Assembly: GCA_963758435.1 (NCBI GenBank)
Contig: CAVWVN010000010.1
Location: 3,227 to 67,226, forward strand
Direction: 5' to 3'
Length of the DNA stretch: 64,000 nucleotides
Source: Terriglobia bacterium
Lineage (GTDB): Bacteria; Acidobacteriota; Terriglobia; Terriglobales; Acidobacteriaceae
Shown: positions 35,532 to 43,908 of the stretch, one piece after another
How positions within the stretch are numbered: the first letter of the stretch is position 1
Layout of the letters: each line of letters starts with the position of its first letter
Position numbers and translations under genes: made by a program
Notes under the pieces: model-generated
What the model saw: the letters and a program-made list of their open reading frames with translations, nothing else
What the model was told of the DNA's origin: nothing
Databases searched by the model: none

Positions 35532-35570
35532 CCCCACTCAAGCCAAAACCGGGCTTGAATGGGCCACCCG
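35532..35570 (-). repeat. REP family D copy, inverted partner
   Basis: CCCCACTCAAGCCAAAACCGGGCTTGAATGGGCCACCCG. Confidence 0.8.
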
Positions 35571-35576
35571 TCGTGT

Positions 35577-37109
35577 CTAAGGCTTGGCGCTGTGGCCCAG
35601 GGCTACGAGGAAGATTGCGCTCTTGCCTTCGGCGTGAGGAGAGAAGAAGGCGGCAACGTCGTCATCGAAAAACGTCAGGCCGGTGGCGCCCAGGCGTTGC
35701 GCATAGGCGGCGAGATAGAGCTTGCCCCCGATGATGCCGGCTTCAAGTTGCACGGCGCGATAGCCGCGATTGCCAAAGCGCTGCAAAATCGGTTGCAAAT
35801 CAGCCAGGAAGAAAACGTCAGCCGCAGCGTCGGCCGGGAGAGCCTGCTGCAGTCCGAGGTACGCCGCCTGGTCGCGGAAATCTCCCTGCTTCAACAATTC
35901 GAGCACTCCGCGGCCGCGATGGAAGACGTAGGCTCCGGGCTCCAGACCTTCAACGGCGTGAACGATCAAATACAGGTGATTGAGCTGCGAACCCTGGGGA
36001 TCGAGGAAATCGGCGGGGACGCCACGAGTAGCACGGTCGAGCACGGTGGAGAGTTGCGCCAGCGTGATCGACGAGCGTGCAAATTTGCGGCTGGACCCGC
36101 GCCGCAGGATCACCTGCTCGATAAGGTCGCGAGGCATGGCCTCGTCAGATAACGGCGCAAGCTGGGTGACCCGTCCTGCCGGGGTCGCGAAGTGCATCAG
36201 CGGAGTTCCTCCGCGCCACCGTGTGACTTCCTCCGGCGATTCCACCGACGACGCGGCATGCGTCTCGCGCATGAGGGGATAGTCGATCTCATGGCGGGAG
36301 AGCGGCACAGTTTCGAATCCAAGAGGGGCAAGATTTGCCGGGGCTTGTTCCGAAACCGTGGAAGTGTAGCCGAGCGGCACGAGCGAAAAAGCCACCTCGC
36401 GCTGTGCATCGACATCAAGCAAGCGGTTCACCGTATCGTCAACAAATCCGCACACCACCTTCGCGGGCAGGCCAAGGGCGGTGCCGACAGCCAGCAGGTT
36501 GGCGAGCAGGGTGCCGTTGTCCCAGCCGAAGTGGCGGTAGGTGCGGTCCTGATACTTCCACGCGTTGCGCCAGTAAGTCGCAGTGCAGACGATAGTCAGC
36601 GGGGCGTGAGCGATAGCGGTCTCGGCGGCGGTAGCTTCGATAAGAACGCCGCGATAGTCTCCGGCGCGCAAGCGGCGCAAACCGAACTCGGCTGGTGCGA
36701 AGTGATACACGCCAGCCTCGAGGTTGGTTAGGTCCCCGCAGACCAGATAGAGTTCGACCTCGTACAGCGCTCCGGTGCAAGCCGCCGCGCGAAAGTAGAT
36801 TTCTCCGCCGGGATATTTTCTGTGCCGGGTGATGCCCGCCGAAAGGTAGAGCAGTTGGGCGATCGCTGCCAGATCAGGTGTAGCTGCAGTTTGCGGAGGA
36901 ACGATTTCCGAAATAGCGGAAAGGGCAGCGACTCCCGTCTGGCGCAGTTCTGCAGGCAGGGGCGACGGCTCCAGCGTGGGATAAATCTTGAAAGGGATAG
37001 GTTGGTTGTTGAAGTCCAGAGAGTGCTGATTGTTGCGGACGCTGGCGTAGGAATGCTTGGTGGCGTTGTGGTAGTGCAGGGCGACTTCGGAATCTCGGTT
37101 GTCAGACAT
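35577..37109 (-). CDS. SagB-type dehydrogenase / double nitroreductase-fold protein
   Basis: Starts MSDNRDSEVALHYHNATKHSY (typical SagB-type N-terminus). Two nitroreductase-like halves. The longer ORF start at 37415 runs through repeat hairpins. Confidence 0.75.
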   Translation of the reverse strand: MSDNRDSEVALHYHNATKHSYASVRNNQHSLDFNNQPIPFKIYPTLEPSPLPAELRQTGVAALSAISEIVPPQTAATPDLAAIAQLLYLSAGITRHRKYPGGEIYFRAAACTGALYEVELYLVCGDLTNLEAGVYHFAPAEFGLRRLRAGDYRGVLIEATAAETAIAHAPLTIVCTATYWRNAWKYQDRTYRHFGWDNGTLLANLLAVGTALGLPAKVVCGFVDDTVNRLLDVDAQREVAFSLVPLGYTSTVSEQAPANLAPLGFETVPLSRHEIDYPLMRETHAASSVESPEEVTRWRGGTPLMHFATPAGRVTQLAPLSDEAMPRDLIEQVILRRGSSRKFARSSITLAQLSTVLDRATRGVPADFLDPQGSQLNHLYLIVHAVEGLEPGAYVFHRGRGVLELLKQGDFRDQAAYLGLQQALPADAAADVFFLADLQPILQRFGNRGYRAVQLEAGIIGGKLYLAAYAQRLGATGLTFFDDDVAAFFSPHAEGKSAIFLVALGHSAKP

Positions 37110-37174
37110 TTTATGAGGACTGTACTCAGAATACTCTCCAGGCGGCGTCATCCTGAGCCGCGCTCTGCTCGGCC

Positions 37175-37246
37175 GGACGCCGGCGCTACGGCGTTCTTGG
37201 TAGCGCCGGCGTCCCGCCGGCTGTCGGGTGGGCGTCTCGCCCACCC
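37175..37246. repeat. double-hairpin repeat (family F)
   Basis: GGACGCCGGCGCTAC (37175-37189) pairs with GTAGCGCCGGCGTCC (37200-37214), a 15-bp stem. Then GGGTGGGCG-TCT-CGCCCACCC (37226-37246). 37200-37242 recurs reversed at 41273-41317. Confidence 0.8.
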
Positions 37247-37298
37247 ACCTGGCATCAGCTTCTGCCGCCAGCAATGTTAGTGGTATGCTTACTGCGAT

Positions 37299-37760
37299 AT
37301 GGGGATTCCGAGCCTGCTGCGCAAGATCTTCATGGTGGACCTGCTTAAGGGATTGAAGGTCACGTTCCTTTATCAGGATCCGAAAGAGATTTACACCGAG
37401 CAGTATCCGCTGCAACGGCCGCAGGTGGCAGAACGCTACCGTGGAGCGCCGCGGCTGAATGTGAATCCCGATACCGATGAGACCATGTGCATTGCCTGCG
37501 ACTTGTGCGCGCTGGCCTGTCCGGAAAATCTGATTGTGGTCTCGAGCGAACGCAACGAGAAGACCCGCCGCAAGGAACTCACCAACTTTACCTACGATTT
37601 GAGCCGCTGCATGTTCTGCGGCTTGTGCGAGGACGCCTGTCCTACCGACGCGCTGGAGCTGACCCAGGATTTCGAGCTGGCCAGCTACACCCGCGAAGGG
37701 GCCATCTGGAACCGCGAAATGCTGGAAAAGGGGCCGCAGCCAACGCAGTACAAGAGATAG
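37299..37760 (+). CDS. nuoI: NADH-quinone oxidoreductase subunit I-like 2x[4Fe-4S] protein, not flanked by other nuo genes
   Basis: CIACDLCALACP and CMFCGLCEDACP cluster motifs, with an N-terminus typical of NuoI (LLKGLKVTF...YP). Confidence 0.8.
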   Translation: MGIPSLLRKIFMVDLLKGLKVTFLYQDPKEIYTEQYPLQRPQVAERYRGAPRLNVNPDTDETMCIACDLCALACPENLIVVSSERNEKTRRKELTNFTYDLSRCMFCGLCEDACPTDALELTQDFELASYTREGAIWNREMLEKGPQPTQYKR

Positions 37761-37924
37761 TCGTTGGCCGCTAGTCGTTGGTCGTTAGCCATTGGTCGTT
37801 GGTCAAAACCCATCCCCCCAACATCATGGCAGGCAGCCCGTTGGCGCCCCTATCGGCGAAAGGCGCGGTTTCCCGTTTAACCAGTGCCCAGCGAATCGAC
37901 CAACGACTAACGACCAACGATCGG
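37758..37924. repeat. long hairpin built from TGGTCGT-type units between convergent nuoI and aguA
   Basis: TCGTTGGTCGTTAG (37775-37788) pairs perfectly with CTAACGACCAACGA (37907-37920). The right arm is the last codons plus the stop of aguA. Confidence 0.7.
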
Positions 37925-39010
37925 TTGCTGCTGGGTCATGCAGTGCATGGCGCCAAAGCCCCAGATTAAATCTCCGGAATAGATGCCTACGATCTCGCGG
38001 TCGGGGAAAAGGTCGGCGATGATGTCCAGCGCCACCCGGTCGTGGGCATCATTGAAGACCGGGACCAGCACGATTCCGTTGGCGATGTAAAAGTTGGCGT
38101 AGCTGGCAGGGAGCCGGCGCTTTTCGAAATGCACCGGGCCGGGCATCGGAAGTTCGATGATGGCCAGAGGCTTTCCGTCCTGATCGGTGGCCGTGCGCAG
38201 GCGGCGGATGTTTTCCCGCAGTGGTTCGTAGTTAGGATCTCCAGGGTCGGACTCGATGGCGGTAACGACTGTATCCGGGGAGACGAAGCGGGTAATGTCG
38301 TCCACGTGGCCGTGAGTATCGTCTCCGGCGATGCCGGAGTCCAGCCAGATCACATTCTTTATTCCCAGAAAATCTGAAAACAACTTCTCGTAGTCGGGGC
38401 GAGACATGGCCGGGTTGCGTTGCTGCTTCTTGCTCAGCAGGCATTCTTCGGTAGTGAGCAGGGTGCCTTGTCCGTTGACGTCAATGGAACCGCCTTCGAG
38501 TACGACGCGGGATTTTCCATGTAGCGGGCGTATTTCCTCGGCGTGCGCAGCTTTGGCCATGAGGCTGCCGATCTTTTCGTCGTTCTGGTAGTTGGGGTAT
38601 TTGGCCCAGGCGTTGAAACGCCACTTGACGGCCGCGCCTGTCGAGCTGTGCTCGACCGGACGGCCGGGGGCGGCCGTCCCTACGTGAGCATCGGCAAGCA
38701 CAAAGGTGCAGCCGGAGTCGCGGGTCCAGACGCGGTTCGTCGGCCAGCGGTGAAAGCGAACATTCTTACTCAGAGCGTTTGCCTTGCTCAGGACCTTGCG
38801 TGCATGCTTTTCCGAGGCTGCGCTGTTGACAATCAGATCGATGCGCTCGTGGCGGCCCAGGTGGCGGATGATTTCGGCGTACACCCACGGGATGGGCTCG
38901 AATTTGCCGGGCCAGTCGCCGCGGTAGTGCGGCCACGCCAGCCAGGTGGACGCGTGGGGTTCCCATTCGGCGGGCATGCGATAGCGGGGATTTGTTGGGG
39001 AGGATTTCAT
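37907..39010 (-). CDS. aguA: agmatine deiminase
   Basis: MKSSPTNPRYRMPAEWEPHASTWLAWPH..., WTRDSG, and a catalytic C-terminal GAMHCMTQQ. Contains an in-frame REP-B copy. Confidence 0.85.
   Translation of the reverse strand: MKSSPTNPRYRMPAEWEPHASTWLAWPHYRGDWPGKFEPIPWVYAEIIRHLGRHERIDLIVNSAASEKHARKVLSKANALSKNVRFHRWPTNRVWTRDSGCTFVLADAHVGTAAPGRPVEHSSTGAAVKWRFNAWAKYPNYQNDEKIGSLMAKAAHAEEIRPLHGKSRVVLEGGSIDVNGQGTLLTTEECLLSKKQQRNPAMSRPDYEKLFSDFLGIKNVIWLDSGIAGDDTHGHVDDITRFVSPDTVVTAIESDPGDPNYEPLRENIRRLRTATDQDGKPLAIIELPMPGPVHFEKRRLPASYANFYIANGIVLVPVFNDAHDRVALDIIADLFPDREIVGIYSGDLIWGFGAMHCMTQQQPIVGR
38650..38686. repeat. REP family B copy embedded in frame in aguA
   Basis: GCTCGACCGGACGGCCGGGGGCGGCCGTCCCTACGTG. 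A 9-bp hairpin GGACGGCCG/CGGCCGTCC. On the coding strand it translates as HVGTAAPGRPVEH. Confidence 0.75.
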
Positions 39011-39048
39011 CGCCAGAGAGTTAACTTCATGGATTGAGCCAAAGGCTT

Positions 39049-39096
39049 GGCGAGCCTTGCTCGCCCGGACAGTCGGGGGCGGCTGTCCCCACACGG
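39049..39096. repeat. REP family B copy between aguB and aguA
   Basis: GGCGAGCCTTGCTCGCC head, then the GGACAGTCGGGGGCGGCTGTCC hairpin. Confidence 0.7.
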
Positions 39097-39106
39097 TTCT
39101 TGCCGG

Positions 39107-40009
39107 TCAATCGCTTAGCCTGTTCGTAATCGCGCCGTAGCTGTCGATGCGGCGGTCGCGCAGGAAGGGCCAGTTGCGGCGGACATCTTCTACCACCCGC
39201 AGGTCAACTTCGCCGACTACAACTTCCTCCTTGTCATGCGAGGCCTCCGCAATCACGCGGCCGAAGGGATCGCAGAGAAACGATGCGCCCCAGAATTCCA
39301 GGCCGTCTCCGGCAACCGCATTGCCCCGGATGTCTCCGGTCTCATGTCCTACGCGATTGACGACTCCTACGTACACGCCATTGGCGATGGCGTGGGCACG
39401 CTGGATGGTGCGCCAGGCGTCGTGCTGCGACTCTCCAAACTCCGCTTTCTCCGACGGATGCCATCCGATGGCGGTGGGATAAAAGAGGATCTGCGCACCC
39501 TGCAGCGCGGTCAGCCGGGCGCCTTCGGGATACCACTGGTCCCAGCACACCAGCGTGCCCACGCGGCCGACGGCGGTATCGAAAGCGCGATAGCCCAGGT
39601 CGCCCGGAGTGAAGTAATACTTCTCGTAGTACAGCGGATCGTCGGGGATGTGCATCTTGCGATAAAGCCCGCGCAAGGAGCCGTCCGCGTCAAAAATAAC
39701 CGCTGTATTGTGATAAACCCCGGGAGCACGCTTCTCGAATAAGGACGCGATGAGGACGATCCGCAACTGTTTCGCCAGGGTTGCCAGCCGGTTCGTGACC
39801 GGGCTGGGAATGGGCTGGGCCAGATCGAAGAGATTGGCGTCCTGGCGCTGGCAGAAATACTGAGTCTGAAAAAGTTCGGGCAGGCAGACGATGTGGGCGC
39901 CGCGCGCCGAGGCCTGGTGGACCTTGTCGATGGCGTGCTGCAAATTCTTTTCGGGGTCGGACGTGGTGGACATTTGTATCAGTCCGACATTGAATTTCTG
40001 CGGCGGCAA
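39107..40009 (-). CDS. aguB: N-carbamoylputrescine amidase (carbon-nitrogen hydrolase family)
   Basis: 300 aa; CLPELF, a nitrilase-superfamily E-K-C pattern (LVCWDQWYPE), immediately upstream of aguA. Confidence 0.8.
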   Translation of the reverse strand: MPPQKFNVGLIQMSTTSDPEKNLQHAIDKVHQASARGAHIVCLPELFQTQYFCQRQDANLFDLAQPIPSPVTNRLATLAKQLRIVLIASLFEKRAPGVYHNTAVIFDADGSLRGLYRKMHIPDDPLYYEKYYFTPGDLGYRAFDTAVGRVGTLVCWDQWYPEGARLTALQGAQILFYPTAIGWHPSEKAEFGESQHDAWRTIQRAHAIANGVYVGVVNRVGHETGDIRGNAVAGDGLEFWGASFLCDPFGRVIAEASHDKEEVVVGEVDLRVVEDVRRNWPFLRDRRIDSYGAITNRLSD

Positions 40010-40174
40010 TGCGGTGGCCTCCTGAAAGGCAAATAGAATATCAGTTCCCAGTTTGTAGTTCCCGGATTTTCAGTTTCTGTTTGTCAGTGGCAATAGTTTG
40101 TTCGGTTCTAGTAGAGTAGTGCAGCATAACTTGGGGGTGTAATTTTGAAACCAGACAACCATGACGGCGCGGGC

Positions 40175-41257
40175 ATGGAGCGCCATTTGCACGATCCGAT
40201 TGAAGACCGGCTGATTCCACTGGAACCACTCGACCTCAGCCAGGTGCGCTCGATCGACGACCTGGTGCGGGCGATGTCCAAGACCGCTTTCACCGGCCGG
40301 CAATTGGGTGAAGCCGCCGACGTGCTGGAAGCCATGGCCCGCGACAAGGACTGTTTTGTGGTAATGACCCTGGCGGGGGCGATGACTGTGGCCAAGCAGG
40401 GGCTGGTGATCACGGAACTGATCGATCGCGGCATTGTCAATGCGATTGTCTCTACCGGGGCCCTGATGGCTCACGGACTGGTGGAAGCCACCGGTCGTGC
40501 CCACTTCCGCTACAACCCTGAAGTCTCTGATGAAGATCTCTACCAGCAGGGCTACAACCGGGTTTACGACACCCTGGAGCCCGAACAGAACCTGGACGAC
40601 GTGGAAAGGGTGATGTTTGATGTGCTGGAGCAGTGGGACCACAGCGAGATGCTTTGTTCTTACAAACTAAATCACGCCATTGGACAGTACCTGGCGGAGC
40701 ACTCCAAGGGGCAACGGGGAATTTTGAAGTCGGCGTTCGAGAAAGGCGTGCCGGTTTTCGTGCCCGCCTTCACCGACTCCGAACTAGGGTTGGATGTGGC
40801 GCTCTCCAATCGCATGCGGGAGGCGGCGGGAAGGCACAAACTGCGCTTCGATCCCTTCGAGGACCTGGAACATTTTGCCTCCACCCTGCTGCGGCAGAAG
40901 CGGCTGGGGATTTTTACCATCGGCGGGGGAGTACCGCGCAACTGGTCGCAGCAGTTTGGGCCGTTTATCGAATTGCGGCACCGGCGCATGGGGGAAAACG
41001 TTCCCCTGAAGCGTTATCACTACGGGCTGCGAATATGCCCCGAACCCGTGTTTTGGGGCGGGTTGTCAGGGAGTCCCTATAGCGAGGCCATCTCCTGGGG
41101 AAAGTTTGTGCCGCCGGCAGAAGGCGGAAAGTTCGGCGAAGTGTTTTTGGATGCGACCGTGGGTCTGCCCTTGATTGTGGCCGCAGTGCTGGAGCGGCTG
41201 GGAAAGAACGGGCAGAACCATAAGGCGAAGAAGGAGAAGATGCTGGCGAGGAAATAG
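40175..41257 (+). CDS. deoxyhypusine synthase-like protein
   Basis: GRQLGEAADVLEAM...MTLAGAMTVAKQG...IVSTGALMAHG...FTDSELG fits the DHS family. ATG at 40175 (the ORF track begins at the TTG at 40145). Confidence 0.8.
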   Translation: MERHLHDPIEDRLIPLEPLDLSQVRSIDDLVRAMSKTAFTGRQLGEAADVLEAMARDKDCFVVMTLAGAMTVAKQGLVITELIDRGIVNAIVSTGALMAHGLVEATGRAHFRYNPEVSDEDLYQQGYNRVYDTLEPEQNLDDVERVMFDVLEQWDHSEMLCSYKLNHAIGQYLAEHSKGQRGILKSAFEKGVPVFVPAFTDSELGLDVALSNRMREAAGRHKLRFDPFEDLEHFASTLLRQKRLGIFTIGGGVPRNWSQQFGPFIELRHRRMGENVPLKRYHYGLRICPEPVFWGGLSGSPYSEAISWGKFVPPAEGGKFGEVFLDATVGLPLIVAAVLERLGKNGQNHKAKKEKMLARK

Positions 41258-41272
41258 AAGTCACGAGCGCGC

Positions 41273-41317
41273 GGGCGAGACGCCCCCGCGACAAGCCGGC
41301 GGGACGCCGGCGCTTAC
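41273..41317. repeat. family F repeat, reversed copy
   Basis: The reverse complement GTAAGCGCCGGCGTCCCGCCGGCTTGTCGCGGGGGCGTCTCGCCC matches 37200-37242 apart from a few changes. Confidence 0.75.
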
Positions 41318-41325
41318 GAAAGGCA

Positions 41326-41360
41326 AAGGCCCATTCGCTTTGGCGATGGGCCTTCTTTAG
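41326..41360. terminator. bidirectional intrinsic-terminator-like hairpin between the convergent DHS-like gene and pdaD
   Basis: AAGGCCCAT (41326-41334), an 11-nt loop, ATGGGCCTT (41346-41354), followed by CTTTAGTTTT. Confidence 0.55.
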
Positions 41361-41375
41361 TTTTAGCCGAAAGTT

Positions 41376-41933
41376 TTAGTCGAAGATCAGGACGGCCGAG
41401 GCGATGACCGTGGTCCACAGGCCGCGCTTGTCGCCCACCGCAGACTGGGTGACGTTGGCGGTGCGGACGATTTTGTTGGAGATGCGGTAGATCTCTTTCT
41501 TCTCGTCCCAGGAACGGTCAGGGTCGAACTCCACGTTCAGAGTGGTGGCCAGCATCTCAGCCGCCAGCTCTTCGGCGTAGTCACCGGCCGCGTCTTCGGT
41601 CTCGCCAAACGAGTGATGCTCGCTGAGGTAGCCGTAGGTATTGCGGTCGGCGGGAATGGCCACGCCGATGCTCGAAGCCAGCAATCGGTGCGGCTCGTGA
41701 GTGGAGTTCTCGGCCACCACCGAAAAAACTACTTCGCCCGGGCTCAGGTATTTCAGTCCCTGGGAACGCGGCACAAGCTTGCATTGTGGCGGAAAAATCG
41801 AGGAGACTCGAACCAGATTCTGGGCAGCGATGCCGGCGTCCCGTAACGCCAGCTCAAACGACGTTAAACGTTCGCGATGTTTCCCGACCCCCTTGGTGAA
41901 GAAAATCTTTTTGGGGACCATGTCTTTAGACAA
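41376..41933 (-). CDS. pdaD: pyruvoyl-dependent arginine decarboxylase
   Basis: [31 protein letters not shown]...VSSI matches the PdaD family pattern, including the self-cleavage Ser region. Confidence 0.8.
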   Translation of the reverse strand: MSKDMVPKKIFFTKGVGKHRERLTSFELALRDAGIAAQNLVRVSSIFPPQCKLVPRSQGLKYLSPGEVVFSVVAENSTHEPHRLLASSIGVAIPADRNTYGYLSEHHSFGETEDAAGDYAEELAAEMLATTLNVEFDPDRSWDEKKEIYRISNKIVRTANVTQSAVGDKRGLWTTVIASAVLIFD

Positions 41934-42072
41934 TTCGAGTTTCCTCCGGAAGCACTTTGGGTAAATTCGCTAAAACATAACATAGGGAGTTGCGCGGACA
42001 TATGAAAATTCAGGGAATTTGGAAAAAAAAGCCCCGGTGTGTCGAACTGGATACTTCCGGCGGCTGGGCAGC

Positions 42073-42429
42073 CTACTTGGCTGGGGCCACGGAAAGGACG
42101 GAGATGGTATCGCCGTCGGCTTTGCCGGTGACTTTGGCCTGCTGGTCAGCCAGTTTGTCGAGTTGATCCAGGGCGGTCTTGTCGCTGGTGTCCAGCGTGT
42201 ACACCTTGTCGCCCACCACCAGCGCGTACTTGGAACCTTTGCGGATACAGGCCCGGGTGCATTCGGCGGCATCGCCGGCCATCATGTGGTTGGCGCCGCA
42301 CATAGCGTCGCTGACCTTGCCGGTGAAAGCCTGGGGCTTATTGGCGGCCAGAGCGGAGGACAGCGACAGAGTTACGCCCAGGAACGTGGTCGCGAGGGCA
42401 ATGGCAAATCTCGAGGGAGTGGAACTCAT
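42073..42429 (-). CDS. small secreted Cys-containing hypothetical protein
   Basis: 118 aa; signal peptide ending SSALAA; MCGANHMM...ECTRAC. Confidence 0.6.
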   Translation of the reverse strand: MSSTPSRFAIALATTFLGVTLSLSSALAANKPQAFTGKVSDAMCGANHMMAGDAAECTRACIRKGSKYALVVGDKVYTLDTSDKTALDQLDKLADQQAKVTGKADGDTISVLSVAPAK

Positions 42430-42593
42430 TCGAACATTTCTCCTTGGGTTGGGTAGCGTGTCCCTACCATTAGATGCTGCGGAGGGACGGCGCTTTCTTT
42501 CCTTCCAAAATAATAACGAAAAGCTGGGCGCTATGGCGCCTTTCGGACAGGATCAAGACCTTTTTAACCGCAAAGGGTGCAAGCAAACCGGTA

Positions 42594-43886
42594 CTACCTT
42601 CTGGGATCAAAGTGCAAAGAGATGTCCACTGTCTTGTCCTGGTCCTCGGCGGTTTCATGGACCGTGATTTTCCATTGGTCGGCGGGGTACTGGCCGCTGA
42701 TGGAGTCCAGGAACTGCCCCGGATAATCCGAATTGTAGGTCTCGCCCGCGAGCAGCCTCCACGCCGCTACCATGCGGTCGGTGGCCTTGCTATCCAGGCC
42801 GCGAACTTCGAGGTCCCCCATCTTGTAGATGCTGCCCTCCTGAAACTGGAAAACGTAACCGACCGTAGAATCGCCATCATTCATTTCAGGAACCGGGCGG
42901 ATTTTGACGCCCATGTAGCCCCGCGCCCCGTACAGCTTTTTTAGGGCTTCCACATCCTGATCGGTCTGCATGGCGTTCGCCGGTTGGCTGGGCTGGAGGT
43001 GGATAAGCGCTCGCAGCTTTTCCACCGGAAACACATCCTTGTAGCCGGACAGCTCGATCCGGCTGACCTTGTACTGGCTGCCCGGAGTGATGGGGAAGAT
43101 GACGTCCACCAGGGTCTCCTCGGGCGTCTCCTCAGCCACCTTGGGTTGGGGCGCGCCGACGGCGGCCTTGAGGTAGCCGCGGGCAAGAAATACGGGAAGG
43201 AAATTCTTGTCCGCCTGAAGCATAAGTCGGCTGCGCAAGTAATCCTGACCGGAAAGTCTCCGGGCGGCAGCCTCAAGTTCCGGTAGTTCAGCCGGGCTGG
43301 CGCCGCTGAAAGTGATCTTGCGCACGCTGATGGGCTGGCCGGTCATGCTGAAATCGAAGGCTTCCATGGGACCGTCCTCGGGCCCGGCGCGCAGATAGTC
43401 GACGCGGCCGTGGAGCTTGAGTTCGATGGCCAGCACCTGCAAAGCCTCGGAAACCTCGTCGGCCAGGTCACCGGTCACCGGCAGCTGGCCCTGGAATAGA
43501 GGCACCCGGGTGCGCAGCTTGTCGAACAATTCCTGATCGGAAAGCCACACGAAGTTCTCAAACCGCACGGGCACGAAGGCATTGTTGTCCGTAACCTGCA
43601 AGGCCAGTTTCATGCCTGGGGGACCGAACTCGAAGGTGTAGGCAACGTCATCGAAAGCGCCGGTTTCTCCCAGGTGGCGGGTGACGCTCTTGAAATCTTC
43701 TTCGCTGACGTTCTGGCCAGGCTGCAGGCCGGTGGCGGCGATGATCTGCTCCGGGGTGTAACGCTTCGAGCCCGTCACGTTAATGGAGATGAGCTTGGAC
43801 GAGGAAGGAGGTGGAGAAGGCTTGCGGGTCTGGGCCAAAAGCAGGGAAGCGCAGGCCAGCAGAAGGACTGGGAGGGTCCGTTTCAC
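42594..43886 (-). CDS. secreted POTRA-repeat protein without a beta-barrel domain
   Basis: ISINVTGSKRYTPEQIIAATGLQPGQNVSEEDF... and further POTRA-like repeats. The GTG at 43886 (VKRTLPVLLLACASLLLAQ) is preferred because the ATG at 43931 lies inside a REP copy. Confidence 0.6.
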   Translation of the reverse strand: MKRTLPVLLLACASLLLAQTRKPSPPPSSSKLISINVTGSKRYTPEQIIAATGLQPGQNVSEEDFKSVTRHLGETGAFDDVAYTFEFGPPGMKLALQVTDNNAFVPVRFENFVWLSDQELFDKLRTRVPLFQGQLPVTGDLADEVSEALQVLAIELKLHGRVDYLRAGPEDGPMEAFDFSMTGQPISVRKITFSGASPAELPELEAAARRLSGQDYLRSRLMLQADKNFLPVFLARGYLKAAVGAPQPKVAEETPEETLVDVIFPITPGSQYKVSRIELSGYKDVFPVEKLRALIHLQPSQPANAMQTDQDVEALKKLYGARGYMGVKIRPVPEMNDGDSTVGYVFQFQEGSIYKMGDLEVRGLDSKATDRMVAAWRLLAGETYNSDYPGQFLDSISGQYPADQWKITVHETAEDQDKTVDISLHFDPRR

Positions 43887-43908
43887 TGCCGCGATTCTAC
43901 CCCAAGAC

